This document shows, in pieces, positions 11,701-23,057 of a DNA stretch of 64,000 bases. Origin of the DNA: Macrostomum hystrix (lineage: Eukaryota > Animalia > Platyhelminthes); contig CATNEN010000024.1 of the NCBI GenBank assembly GCA_950097015.1, positions 1,922,001-1,986,000 on the forward strand, read 5' to 3'. A program made the translations under genes and the position numbers. Position 1 is the first letter of the stretch, and every line of letters begins with the position of its first letter. Below the pieces are notes generated by a model. That model saw only the letters and a program-made list of their open reading frames with translations, was not told where the DNA came from and made no database searches.

Positions 11701-14536
11701 GATGTCCAGGAATAAGCAACTAACCACTCACCTGGCTGCGCCAAAGAGAATACTGAGAATGAAGGATTCTGCATTGAGAAATCCGCCAGCTTACCCCGTG
11801 AACCGCATCGAAAGCTGATGCGAATGATTGCCACCCTCAAAAAACTAATTTGCAATTCTAGAGCATGCTGGATGACGCCACAGATCCTTGGGGTGTCAAG
11901 GTGGAGCGAGTTGAGGTGTAAGTCGAATGCTCATTGTTTCATTCTAAATTCTTACGCATTTTTCCGCCCCTCGCCTTTTCTGCGTCGCTCCAATCTGGAC
12001 GCAAACTGCAGGAGTCACTGGATGACGCCACAGATCCCTGGGGTGTCAAGGTGGAGAGGGTCGAGGTGTAAGTGTTCCATTTTCGCCTAAAATATCAAAC
12101 AGTTGATAAACGAGCAAAGCTTGCCAGTTATGGATACTTTGGTCTGGCTTAATTAAAATTTTGGAAAATAATTAGAGTGCAATTGTGATTCGTCGATTGG
12201 CACGGCGTTTGGTGCACAGCTTCACGGCGTTCGCAGTTTGCCTTCTACTGTTATTGTTATCATTACTCGTCTACCTCTTCCACTCGCTTATATTTGCTGT
12301 TTTGCTATACATTTTTCGCATTACTTTTCGGTGTATCCAATTTAGCACTGATTTTCAAAGCATTTTATAAAATTTTAATTTAGGCCCTTATCCCAAAACC
12401 ATATTGAATTTTCTTGAGAATTTAAGGGCTATCAATATCTAGATTCCTAGATATAAGTTTGCTAATGTACTTAAATTGATGCCGAATATAAAATACTGAT
12501 GTCTTAGACGATATCCAACTTGTTATACTCATTTTACTTAGTACTATGCACTTTTAAACCCAGCTTATGAGTCAGTATTCCACCCACGCTTAAAAAACGC
12601 ACTAATTGTTAAACAATTTGATTTTTACTTCAAGTGGCGGATCCTTCCGCCAGTTTTTTAGAAGTTAAGATTAAGTTCAAGTGAAAAGCCAGAGAGAATA
12701 GACAAGGAGGATAGCATAGACCAGGAGGATAGCACAGACCATGAGGATAGCACAGACCAGGAGGATAGCACAGGCCAGGAGGATAGCACAGACCAGGAGG
12801 ATAGCACAGGCCAGGAGGATAGCACAGACCAGGAGGATAGCACAGGCCAGGAGGATAGCACAGACCAGGTGGATAGCACAGACCAGGAGGATAGCACAGG
12901 CCAGGAGGATAGCACAGACCAGGAGGATAGCACAGACTAGGAGGATAGCACAGACCAGGAGGATAGCACAGACCAGGAGGATAGCACAGACCAGGAGGAT
13001 AGCACAGGCCAAGAGGATAGCCTAGTTTTTTAATTAGGTATATAACGTCAATAAGGTTTCTGTCAAAGATGATAGCTGCTAATTTAAGTTGACTAAACTA
13101 GAAGGATCCGTCATATGCTTTCTGATCTACTCACAGCTGCGCTTGCATGCGAAAAAACGACACCGCATGAGCAATATTGCTCACACTGCCTCTTCGGCTG
13201 CACTAATGGTTGATAGACTGAATGATCGACGGGATTGCTGACAATGTTTATCCCAGAATTTGTGCACTACCACAAAAGCATTTGCATCTCAGGAATGGCC
13301 CATGTGTCTGAGCTCTGCAGAATTCAGAGTAGGAAATGCCAGCCAACCTCATCTACCGTGGCCGCGACTCCGCCAAACTGCTGCGCCCGACCAGCGTCTC
13401 CAGCCCGTCTCGCTCTATTCATCAAACAGTTTTAACGTCGTCCCTTTTTCCTGCGCCTCGCTTATTTTGCATTTTCCTTCCTCTCTACCCCAGCTCTCGT
13501 TACTCACTCTCACCGGCTTTCTCTCCAGTCCTCAACGGCGAAAGGATAAGTGGAAGAGAGGGAGGCAGCGAGTGGGGGAGGGCGAGATGAGAAAAAAGCA
13601 CATTGAGTGGCAGGATTTGGCGGATGCTGGGCCAAAAATGCTCCGCCACTTTCCAATCTCCGACCCGGTGAAAAAAGCACGAATCTAGGCGCGTCGACAA
13701 ACTACTTCCCCTTCCCACCTGGTTCTCCCTTTCCAACCTATGCTCAAATGCTTTCTCACCGGCCACATTTTCACCTCCTCGTCTCCAATTTTCGTAGTTT
13801 TTCACTAGCCGACCCTCCATCCGCTTGCCCGGCCCGCCCCACCCGCCACATTCCAGCAAGGACGTCCGCCTGCCGGTGCAGCTGCAGCGCGCCATGGCCG
13901 CCGAGGCTGAGGCCGCCCGCGAGGCCCGCGCCAAGGTGAGTGGCTGGCTGCGCCGCGTCCGCTAAGATTGAGGGCCATGGCGCAGGGTAGATTGGTTGGA
14001 TGACTCCGATAGTGTTTGCCTGAGAAACTGGGAAGGCAAAGTGGACGGCAAGGATGAAGTAATTAAAAAAACAACTCAGGAAATTGCGAACCAAGAGAAA
14101 CCTATTTTAGACTTGCCAGAATTGCCGGGTTTTTATTGAATCAGAAATTTTTTTATTGAAGATACGCTGGCTAAACTTTCTTCTTTCGGTCGGCACGTGG
14201 ATATTGTAAAATGTCACGTGTCTCCCTCCATCTGAGAGGACATGTTCTTGTTTTACTCAGATCCCTTTCATGACTCTGGGCTGTCAGAAAAAAAATTAAC
14301 AAAAAACTAATCACAAACGAATACCAACTGAAATGCAGGTGATCGCAGCCGAGGGAGAGCAGAAGGCGTCCCGGGCCCTGAAGGAGGCCGCCGACGTCAT
14401 CAACGAGTCGCCATTTGCCCTCCAGCTGCGCTACCTGCAGACTCTGAACACCATCTCGGCTGAGAAGAACTCCACCATCATATTTCCGCTGCCGCTGGAG
14501 ATTCTGTCTCACTTCATGCACAAGCCGCCGCTGTGA
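5743..14536 (+). CDS. STOM: Stomatin / MEC-2-like SPFH (band 7) membrane protein, ~283 aa, 7 coding exons
   Basis: Exons 5758(or 5743)-5806, 6220-6329, 7462-7617, 9702-9905, 11862-11917 OR 12012-12067, 13857-13935, 14339-14536 sum to 852 nt with consistent phases. Translation has stomatin hallmarks: hydrophobic hairpin [128 protein letters not shown]. Confidence 0.93.
5954..6215. repeat. ~92-93-bp tandem triplication immediately upstream of stomatin exon 6220
   Basis: CTAGTT...CCTT...TAATT.AGAG.GTGCAAATACAAA recurs at ~5961, 6054 and 6146. Confidence 0.85.
6979..7351. mobile_element. Non-autonomous hAT (Charlie-like) MITE
   Basis: Imperfect TIRs CAGGGGTCGGCAAA / TTTGCAGACCCATG, internal GGCCCGCGGGCC motif, exact 8-bp TSD GTCTAATG at 6971-6978 and 7352-7359. 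Confidence 0.85.
11862..11917 (+). CDS. STOM: Stomatin exon 5a ([19 protein letters not shown])
   Basis: ACTAAT...TTCTAG acceptor, GT|GTAAGT donor, 56 nt, phase 0 to 2. Confidence 0.85.
12012..12067 (+). CDS. STOM: Stomatin exon 5b ([19 protein letters not shown]), duplicate of 5a
   Basis: CTGCAG acceptor, GT|GTAAGT donor, 56 nt, phase 0 to 2. Confidence 0.85.
12705..13025. repeat. 18-bp minisatellite (GACCAGGAGGATAGCACA)
   Basis: Direct tandem repetition in a stomatin intron. Confidence 0.95.
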
Positions 14537-17044
14537 TTCAAACAGACTATAGTCTCAGACCAAGGTCTCTTGGGCACCGCAAGACCTTGAAGAGGCCGCC
14601 GCGTCTTAGTTCGTATAAGTATATTTTTTTATATTGACGATTCAATTTCAATGCACCACTGACGGTTTTTTCGAAAACGACACACGATCATGCATGAAAG
14701 AAAATTCAATGAAATTGTTCCATGCAGCTCTCTGCTTTGATCAAAATTTAACTTAAATCCATCGTTGTTTTGTTCTCTGCTGTCAGGCACCAAAGCCAAC
14801 TGACAGCTGCACCATTCTGTCACGCTCTTTAATACCCAACTCCCAAGCTGTTTGCTGTACAGAACTGGCATGAATCTCATTTCTTTAACCTTTTTTGCTC
14901 TCTGTTTCGTGAATCAGTGATACTAACTCAATGACCTACGAGCGTAATGAACAAGTATGAGCCTAAATCTCATGAGATGAAAAACTGCCTACTCATTGCC
15001 CGTCAGCTTATTCAGCAGCTGTCTGACTCCCATGAACTTCAATGCCTGTCCTTTTGAACAGTAAGTCATGCCATGCTCAGCCAGAAGGGCTGCTGCCGAT
15101 TTAATTTTGTCTCCCAAAGTTTGCCTCAAAATGAATTAAAGGCCTCTATAAACTATTCAGATGAAATAAATTCACAAGACTTGATCAGATTTTGCTGATT
15201 TATAAAAGACCAAATAGGTTTCATGTGTAGCATTGTTTACTGGCTCAGCAAAAACCTAATTAATCAACAGAACTGACTCTATCTGATTATAACTTTTGAA
15301 AAATCTATAATTATATGCTTTGTTTCAGCTTTGACTGTACTATATAAAGTGACACCATTCTAAAAGTCCTCATTGTGACATTTTTTAAGATTGTGGACTA
15401 ATCTAGCTCGTATAATGTATTCGCTATTTACTTTTGATTTATAAAGCGAAACTGCAGATCCCATACAAATGATCAGATAAGGTACATCTACCACACTCCA
15501 TGATTGACGTGAAGTGTTGCACGAATTTTATTGTACAAAGTCTTCTGTGACAGGATTATCTATTGATTTTGTCTATTTTTTTCATATCGAAGTTTTTTTC
15601 GCTTAAACATCTCTTACCCCGCTATTTTTGCAACAAGTCTTTAAATGACCTGTTCAGAGACTGAGAAATGTAAAGCTGTTTATACAAGAACATTCTCGTG
15701 GTAATCTCGAATCACAGTAAATCCTTGTCACTAATATGTTGTGGTCACGCTCACTGCTCCACCAAAGCTTAATCGATTTTTTGTGTTCCGCTTGGACCAC
15801 CGAACCTCCGAAATGAATTTTCCAAACCCGAAGATGTTTTTGTTAAATCTTCGCTTGTAAGCGAATAATATAATTGCTAAGAAATACAACAAAAACACGC
15901 CTTGTTGAGAGCTCAGAAATTAGAATAAATTTGTGACCTTATCTGTAAAGAATTATTGTAATCGGATAGCGACATTAGCAGGAAAATGAGGAGATTTTGA
16001 CTGCCGTTGGATTGAGAGGGACCACGACTGTGGCTCGGGGGCGGTGCAGACACGCGGAAAATGTGCTGAAATCGGTGATGTGTGAGGACCAGCCATTGGC
16101 TACTGGGGCTTTACCAGAGCAGCTATGCATGTAGCAGAGCAATATACATAGCTCTCTGAAGAAGAAAGTCTGAAAACAACTGGCAGGTCGTATTCTAAAG
16201 CTTGAAATGTCTCGACTGCAGGGTCTCTGTTCCTCACCTCGAATCCAGCAGGCGATTCCGGGATTCTGTTTTGAGAGGGACAAAATCGATGCGAAATCTG
16301 TTGAAATCCTATTCTTGCTTGGTTCTGTAAATCTGTGAGCTAAAAGTCATGTCTGTTACCAAAGTCATGCTATGCCCAGGCGGTTGCAGAAACTCGTAAA
16401 ACAAACAGCTATGCTTTCTATGTCGTAGCTAAGATCGCTGTATCAAGGACTATAGCGTTGATTCTTTTGATGCGACTCGACAGAGACTCGACATAGAATT
16501 AAGCACAGCAGTTTTGAGCACTGCTTAAACAAGATAAACAAAAATCAACAGGGGGCACCTTGCCGACTCTATCCCTGTTGCTAACGGCACTCGGTAAATA
16601 ACAGTCGCTGATCTGGCAAACCCCATCCGGCCACTGAATCGACGTATTATCGACGTCGACGCCTGCCGCAGTACGTCCTGCATGGTCAGCACCCCAGTCC
16701 TCAGCGTGTTGACGACAACCTTAGGAATGTCAAAAACAATTAGGACGCAAGAAGTTCCTAATCTTTCTTGTGTAGCGAGTTGAGCATTATTATACAGACA
16801 TTTTTATGTTCCAATTTGTCAATTGCACATAGTGATGGCAATCTTACTTTAAAGAAAATGTTTTTATCAGCAACCAGACGTCACTATCATTGTTTTTATT
16901 AATTTTTAAGAAAAGTACTGTTACCTAAAACTTAGCTTAATCCAATAATTAGTTTTTATCACTACTAGTAGTAATAGTGTTCCAGGTCGGGCCTGATGTC
17001 ACCTTACTACAAGATGTTTCATTCTGCATGATCGAATAAAGAGG

Positions 17045-17504
17045 ATGTCAACTTAAGGCTCTAGAAGAATGAGCGGTCAATCCTCGAACCAAACCGACGG
17101 AAATCAGTAGAGCTGGTCCATCCAGTCGACTAGAAACACCGAGACATCTCACCCCAGTTTTTTCCCCATGGTACCCTGAAGGATAAATGGGGATTTCATG
17201 CCAACCTAAGGCTCTCGAATAGAGCCCGAGGTCAATCCTCGAACCAAACCTATTGAAACTGAGAAGTTTGCCGAACCGCAGACTTCAGTGCTACGCGAAC
17301 GCAGAATTGCAGCTATTTTGCTGCCTGCATCACAATGCACCATTCATGAGCCTGGGTAGCGATGATCAAGTGCAACGAAAGCTACTTCGACTTTTAGCTG
17401 AACTGTGGTGAGATTTCTCGGTGTTTCTAGTCGACTGGAACAACTGATTTGAGTCGGTTTGGTTCGAGCATTGACCTCGGGCTCTTAGAGTCTTAAGTTG
17501 ACAT
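17045..17504. mobile_element. Foldback/MITE-like element with ~100-bp imperfect terminal inverted repeats
   Basis: ATGTCAACTTAAG...CAGTCGACTAGAAACACCGAGA...TCTCACC (17045-17152) is the reverse complement of 17408-17504; a partial third copy of the arm lies at ~17200-17250. No TSD found. Confidence 0.7.
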
Positions 17505-17824
17505 ACACTGAACTTCGCATATTTCGCTCTCACAATCAAAGCGACGATTGGATTGAGTTTTGTTGTTGAACTTTGCTATACTTCCATGGCACTAAATAAT
17601 GCATTTAAAGTAACCTGGGCGGTTATTATTATTGACACGCTTTTAGCCCCAACTCTGATAAGCCGATTATTAAAAAACTCGCCGCTTGATTCGAGCCGCG
17701 TGGAACACTTGCAGGGCCACAGCACCGGGTGATAAGGTAAAGTTTTTGCCTTGACAAATAAAGCAGTTGCTTTATATTCTGGGAGCTCTTCACCTGCTAA
17801 ACATCAAGCGACTTGCCGACGCTC

Positions 17825-18937
17825 ATGCAGAATTTCCAGCTGACTCCGAATACTTACAAGAGCGAATCCGACCATCGTTGCTTTGCCATGTCTATTGCGA
17901 ATACCAGTGACTGGGACTTGGCCGTTCAGCTACACTTTTATTCGCATCTCATTACCTTCCCTCTTGTGATTGTTCTCGGATCTGGATTCAATATATTCTG
18001 CATCGTGGTCTTGCTCCGCCAGAAAGTATTCCCAACTCCTGCTAGCGCCTTCATGCTGTGGATCTCCTTTAACGATGCTCTCGCACTCCTGTTGAAGGGA
18101 ACCACGCACTACCTGGAGGAATTGGCGAACTACAATGTCACCTGGTGGCCTTATAAAAGTGGCTCATTAAAAAACTCAAGCCTCTTTGCGTGTCAACTAT
18201 ACTCAGCCCTTACCTACTACTTCCTGTGCGGCTGTCCGTTCTACCTGGCTGGTCTCACGTTGCAGCGAGCATTGATCACATTTTGTCCGATTCGGCGGCC
18301 CATCCTGCGCGACTCCATCATCGTGCTGGCTGTGCTCACCTGCCTGGCGCTCTCCTTTCCGGTGTTTCGCGTCTTTTTAGTCGACTACCGTCCCGAATCA
18401 CCAGCCTCTTGTCGCCTGACAAGTTTTGAGAGTTCCACCACGCGCGCCTTCTTCTACTACCAGACCGTGCTGTCAAACCTGTGCATCTTCGCCTTCCTTC
18501 TCCTTGGTTCCGTGTGCATCACAGTCGTGCTGTATTGCCGTCAGTCTAGCAACCGAAATCGAAATAGTCTGCGAGTGTCACGCACTCTACTACTAATGAA
18601 CTTCAGCTTCCTTGTGACTTTTCTGCCTGTGGGTGTCTACCAGATTATCATGGTCGGTCTTGGTGAAGATCCAATTAAACATAGGCTACTTTTCAGCTTT
18701 CTAAACTCTATTATGTACTTGAATTTCGCGGTCAACGGCCTAAGTTATCTGGCGAGTCAACGCTTCCGTACCTGCGCTAGACAGTGTTTGTATCGCGGCT
18801 GTGGCGATGGCACTGACAGCTGTGGCTGGTGGCGCCGTGTGAAGACAATGCGAAGACGTCTAACGACTGTGGTGCACACAACTGGCGACTGCAGTGCGAA
18901 ATGTCCTGAACAACAGCGCGAGACTACAAGCAGATAG
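17825..18937 (+). CDS. Intronless class A (rhodopsin-like) GPCR, divergent, peptide-receptor-like
   Basis: Seven hydrophobic segments, TM1 GFN, TM2 SFNDAL, Cys at the top of TM3 and in ECL2, TM3 LQRA (DRY position), TM6 FLP, TM7 NFAVNGLSY followed by helix-8 SQRFR. The start is ATG 17825 or 17888; the TTG at 17813 in the ORF track is not a likely start. Confidence 0.85.
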   Translation: MQNFQLTPNTYKSESDHRCFAMSIANTSDWDLAVQLHFYSHLITFPLVIVLGSGFNIFCIVVLLRQKVFPTPASAFMLWISFNDALALLLKGTTHYLEELANYNVTWWPYKSGSLKNSSLFACQLYSALTYYFLCGCPFYLAGLTLQRALITFCPIRRPILRDSIIVLAVLTCLALSFPVFRVFLVDYRPESPASCRLTSFESSTTRAFFYYQTVLSNLCIFAFLLLGSVCITVVLYCRQSSNRNRNSLRVSRTLLLMNFSFLVTFLPVGVYQIIMVGLGEDPIKHRLLFSFLNSIMYLNFAVNGLSYLASQRFRTCARQCLYRGCGDGTDSCGWWRRVKTMRRRLTTVVHTTGDCSAKCPEQQRETTSR

Positions 18938-19259
18938 AGAGATACTTTATTTTAGGAATGGGTGCGCAAAATATTTATAAATGTGAGTGTTAAATGTGTC
19001 AGTGCAAATTATGCAGCTGAAGTTGTAAATTAATTCTTTCTTCTAAAATGTAAATGCTGTTATTTCTCAGACGTTGATAATACGGTGTGTTGATATAATA
19101 TCAACGCAATAAAATTACGAAATAAACTATTACAAAAGCAAAAAATATTACATCTTTCAGTATACAAAATTTAAGTACGATTTTTGAGACATTTTCACTG
19201 AATGGCTACATTCATCGCGTATAGGATTCCACTTTTAAGATAAATCTTTAATGCTACTA

Positions 19260-19560
19260 GGGGTTGTAGCCCAGTGGTTAGAGCGTCGGACTCACGACTT
19301 GAAGGTGAGGGGTTTGATTATCGACTCTACTGTAACAATTTGTGTCCTAAAGCAAGACACTTAACTCTGCGTTGCCTCAGTTCACTCAGCTGTTAAGCAC
19401 CAGCATTAGCTTGGGTAATTGAGGGTGGGTGTGGCGTCCCCCCAGTCCATGGACTGAACAGCCGTACGCAGCCTTCAGATGCGCTGCGCAATAGTTGCGG
19501 CTGTGCTGTCGGCTGCCCATCTGGCCCAATCGGTGCAGGTGTAATCAATTATTGTTATTA
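19260..19560 (+). mobile_element. tRNA-derived SINE family 1 (CORE/Meta-like central domain), copy 1
   Basis: A box TAGCCCAGTGG, B-box-like GTTTGATT, central GCAAGACACTTAACTCTG..CAGTTCAC.CAGCTGTTAA, (ATT)n tail; homologous to 51871-52190 and 63489-63700. Confidence 0.85.
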
Positions 19561-19858
19561 AATGCCGTAACTTTCAGGTAGACATGCATGCATGCACGCA
19601 TATTCGTTGCGAAACAGCACTTAAGTTTAAGTATAAAATTTTGCATAATTAGAGCGAAACTGCTTACGTAGTTGCACATAATTTTCACCATAGACAAACA
19701 GTAAGCGTTAGTTTCTGTGGTAAAATGCGCGTTCGAGCGTACAATATACCACAGCGTCTTTTAAAACAGCAGCCGAGCGTGCACTGGCTGACAAATCCGT
19801 GTAAAATTTCCTCTTTAATTATTTGTCGTATCGAGACGAAAAAAATAAACAATTCGAA

Positions 19859-20752
19859 ATGAACGCATGCCCATTCTGCTATACCAAAGTTTCGAAGAAG
19901 AATGCCACAAAGCACTTTGCTGATAAGCATTCGGATATAGTTTTAAGCTTCGACTGGAGCGCAATGTCTGAGGATAGGCGACCCTCAGCGACTGCATCAT
20001 ACAACGCCAAGGCAAAGGCTGTATGGAAGATCCTACGGTTAAGTCGGAACGGTGTCCATCCAATCCTCACATTTTGTCCATACTGCGACAAGTGTTTGCA
20101 GCATCTCAGAAAGCACATCGCGCGATCATGCAAGCGCAAACCGGATACTGCAGCTGTCCCACTGTTGCCTACTGACAGGGAAAATGCACCCACAGACTTA
20201 ATGGACGCTGGTGAAGACACCAGATGGCCTCGTATCGTGTGTGCGTCGTCTGCAGGACCATCTTCGCAGCAGTTTGAACAACGTGATCCGTCGACAGCAC
20301 CAGCAGTGGTCACGACTGTTGACTCTGCCGTGCCATCGATTAGTAGCCATCATTTATACAGTAATTTCCTCATAGATGCATTCAACAGACTGCGCGAGCA
20401 GGCGGCCAGTATGAGCCAGATTCTGGAGCATGCCAGCAGCGATCAGCTTGGTGTTGATACTCGGCATGCGTCCATCATGCGGACTGGCGCGCAGAATCTG
20501 GTCGATCTGGCTGAAGCGCTAATGCAGTACGCGACAGATTATAATCTGGTTGGAGTCACGAATCCTGTCAGCTTGCTGAACCCAATCCGTCAGCGACATG
20601 CGCAGACTCAGACCTGCGATTCTGACGACTTATATAGTGAACATTCTGCCAGCGACGATCGATCGGCTGACATCAGTGTTAAACGTCCTGAACAACAGCT
20701 TCAACACAGTGTTGAAATTTTTCAATTAATCAGCATGCAGATGTCAGAGTAG
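19859..20752 (+). CDS. Orphan intronless protein (~297 aa) with two zinc-finger-like motifs
   Basis: Open frame from ATG 19859; CPFC-x11-H-x4-H and CPYC-x9-H-x4-C motifs; predicted helical C-terminal part. No family recognised. Confidence 0.55.
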   Translation: MNACPFCYTKVSKKNATKHFADKHSDIVLSFDWSAMSEDRRPSATASYNAKAKAVWKILRLSRNGVHPILTFCPYCDKCLQHLRKHIARSCKRKPDTAAVPLLPTDRENAPTDLMDAGEDTRWPRIVCASSAGPSSQQFEQRDPSTAPAVVTTVDSAVPSISSHHLYSNFLIDAFNRLREQAASMSQILEHASSDQLGVDTRHASIMRTGAQNLVDLAEALMQYATDYNLVGVTNPVSLLNPIRQRHAQTQTCDSDDLYSEHSASDDRSADISVKRPEQQLQHSVEIFQLISMQMSE

Positions 20753-21203
20753 TAAATTAATTATTTCTTGTAGACTTGAAATTTCATTTTATATTAGTAA
20801 CTGTGTAGGTCGCAACAATCTATTTAAGTGACTCTTAAAAAAGTTTGCAGATGTAGATCCTAGGCGTAGATCAGCTCTATTTGTACAAATTGCAACTTAA
20901 ACGGTGAATTAACACCGACGATAAAGTCATGTTAATTTACTTTCCGTATTTTGGACTATAATTTGATGCAACACAAGTATACATGCTTTAAAACTGCACC
21001 TAATTAAATAACTGGACTTTTAGAGACATTTTTCTATTTTACACCGTTCCAGTGGTGTCGGGAATGTTAGCGAACTCAATGGCGCAGTCATTTTGTGGTC
21101 ATTAAGATGATGAAAATATAAACTTGGTTTCCAAAAAAACTTATGCTTTCAATTGTGGAACAAAATAGTTTCAAGTACCTCATCTACCAAAACAACTGCA
21201 CAT

Positions 21204-21877
21204 ATTAATGACGGGAGTACGACGTTTCTTGCGGGCAGTTTGCTTGCCGAAGTTTGCATGCGGCACCTTAGCTTGCCGAGCTTTGCTTCCTGACTGTTGC
21301 ATGCGGCACCTTAGCTTGCCGAACTTTGCTTCCTGACTGTTTGCATGCGGCACCTTAGCTTGCCGAACTTTGCTTGCGGGAACTTTGCTTGCCGAACTTT
21401 GCTTCCTGACTGTTTGCTTGCGAAGTTGGTGAGTAAATGATTGCTACAGAATGTTTGCAAGCGCTTATCAGCGGCAATGTCGTAAACTCACTCACAGTAA
21501 GCTTTCGAACTAGCCTTGGGATTTGTACACGAAGGATTTAGTATAATAGAAGGATAATAGCAGCATAAATTGTAGCAGTTCCTGATTTCAGCACGATCGA
21601 ACAGATAACGAAAATAATAGTTGTGGTAATAACAGGCAGGGCTATGAGCTAACTACAAGAAGAATTTGTCTAGATCTATTAACTACAAATATACGAGTAT
21701 ATATGAGCACAAAGAGAGGCTTAGTTAAGGTTCAGCAAGCTAAATGTGTCGCAAGCAAACTTCCTGCAAGCAAAGTTCGGCAAGCAAACGTCGGCAAGAA
21801 GACGTCCGCAAGCAAAGCTCGGCAAGCAAACTTCGGCAAGCAAAATTCTTGCAAGCAAATTTCATAGACCCATTAAT
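21204..21877. mobile_element. Foldback-like non-autonomous DNA element with inverted arrays of ~13-bp subrepeats (TTTGCTTGCCGAA)
   Basis: Array at ~21240-21422 and its reverse-complement array at ~21752-21860, ATTAATG / CATTAAT ends, AT-rich spacer. Confidence 0.65.
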
Positions 21878-22097
21878 GACTACATACTAAACAAAAACAT
21901 ATATTACTATATACTACACAGTCTTATAATTGCCATGATACATGTATCGAACATTACATATATCAAAACTTCAGTCAAAAAATGAGCTGGCGAACCGCCA
22001 GCGAAAAACTAGCGTCGCATGGAAGGCCTAGAAAAAAACACAAAAAGGGCAGGAATTAGAAAAGAACTCTAGAAATGCGACAAAATCTCAATATATA

Positions 22098-22232
22098 CAG
22101 TGCAGTGAAAGTTCTGAGTTGCATTACATATCACTGCGTGTTCAATGTTAATACAGTACGCATACGACACGCGTACGCGCGTTCACGCATTAATATTGAT
22201 AGTGTAAAACAGTGCAGCACTTCACTGCACTG
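22098..22232. mobile_element. Small Tc1/mariner-like MITE remnant
   Basis: TA|CAGTGCAGTGAA left end and TTCACTGCACTG right end; the right-hand TA is not intact. Confidence 0.4.
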
Positions 22233-23057
22233 TCGAATCTAAAGGCCAAGGCTGAGCATGATTCGCATCAATTGCAGCTGACAGTTTGATCTTAAAGGCT
22301 GGTTCATATTGACCTGCGGTTTAGGCCGCTGGCAGTTTGAGTTAGGCCAACAAGTCATGCTCCAGTTACTGCCCTCGACTGGCATTCAAGGCTACGTTAT
22401 AGCTTAAGCAAAAAACGAAAGAAAAAAAATACATAGGTGGTGCATGAAATTGCGAAAGCGAGAAATTCTATTTAAGCTGGGAAAGGCTGGCTATATAAAA
22501 CACGCAATACGTGCATGCAGCTCATGCAATTTAACTATGCGCACATTGGTACATAACTGAAGCATGTGTAAGCTAAAGTTGAAAGTCATTTATTCGCCAT
22601 TGATAATGGATCCTTTTGTTTAAGGTGTCATAAAGCAGATCAGAAAAGTATGAAGACGATTTCATCAGGAACATTTGTTGGCATTCGAAACTGAATTTAA
22701 GCGAAAAGGGACATTGCATTACGCCGGAGAAAAACAAATTAAAAGAACAAAATTGTTCTTGTTTGTTCATGATTTTTACAAAATTAAAAGTAGTGTATCG
22801 TCTTTAGACATAAATGTTTTAGAAAGGCAGCATTTTTAGTGTAATAAAGTATATTTACTTTATACGAATAGTCACATGTTCTACGAAAAGTTCTATGGTT
22901 ATCATTTCAATCAGGTAATAAAATATATTTAACCTATATCGAGGAGAAGATCGAATTTAAGCTGACTACGGCTATGACTTAATATTTATGGGAAATTAAT
23001 AAAGTTGTTATAAATTAAATCTTGAAAACGTAATCATTAATATTTTTATTTATGATT

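Noticed and set aside
12635-12660. Rho-independent terminator-like hairpin plus T run
   Set aside because: It is in a eukaryotic intron; better treated as a possible rolling-circle element end (see findings).
14629-16400. Possible decayed coding or transposase remnants (also 10200-11640, 52380-52760 and 62940-63460)
   Set aside because: Some frames look coding-like but are broken by stops, and I could not recognise any family motif; a translated search would be needed.
18903-20699. Identical 15-mer GTCCTGAACAACAGC near the ends of the GPCR and zinc-finger ORFs
   Set aside because: Roughly one or two chance 15-mer matches are expected in 64 kb, and the flanks do not align.
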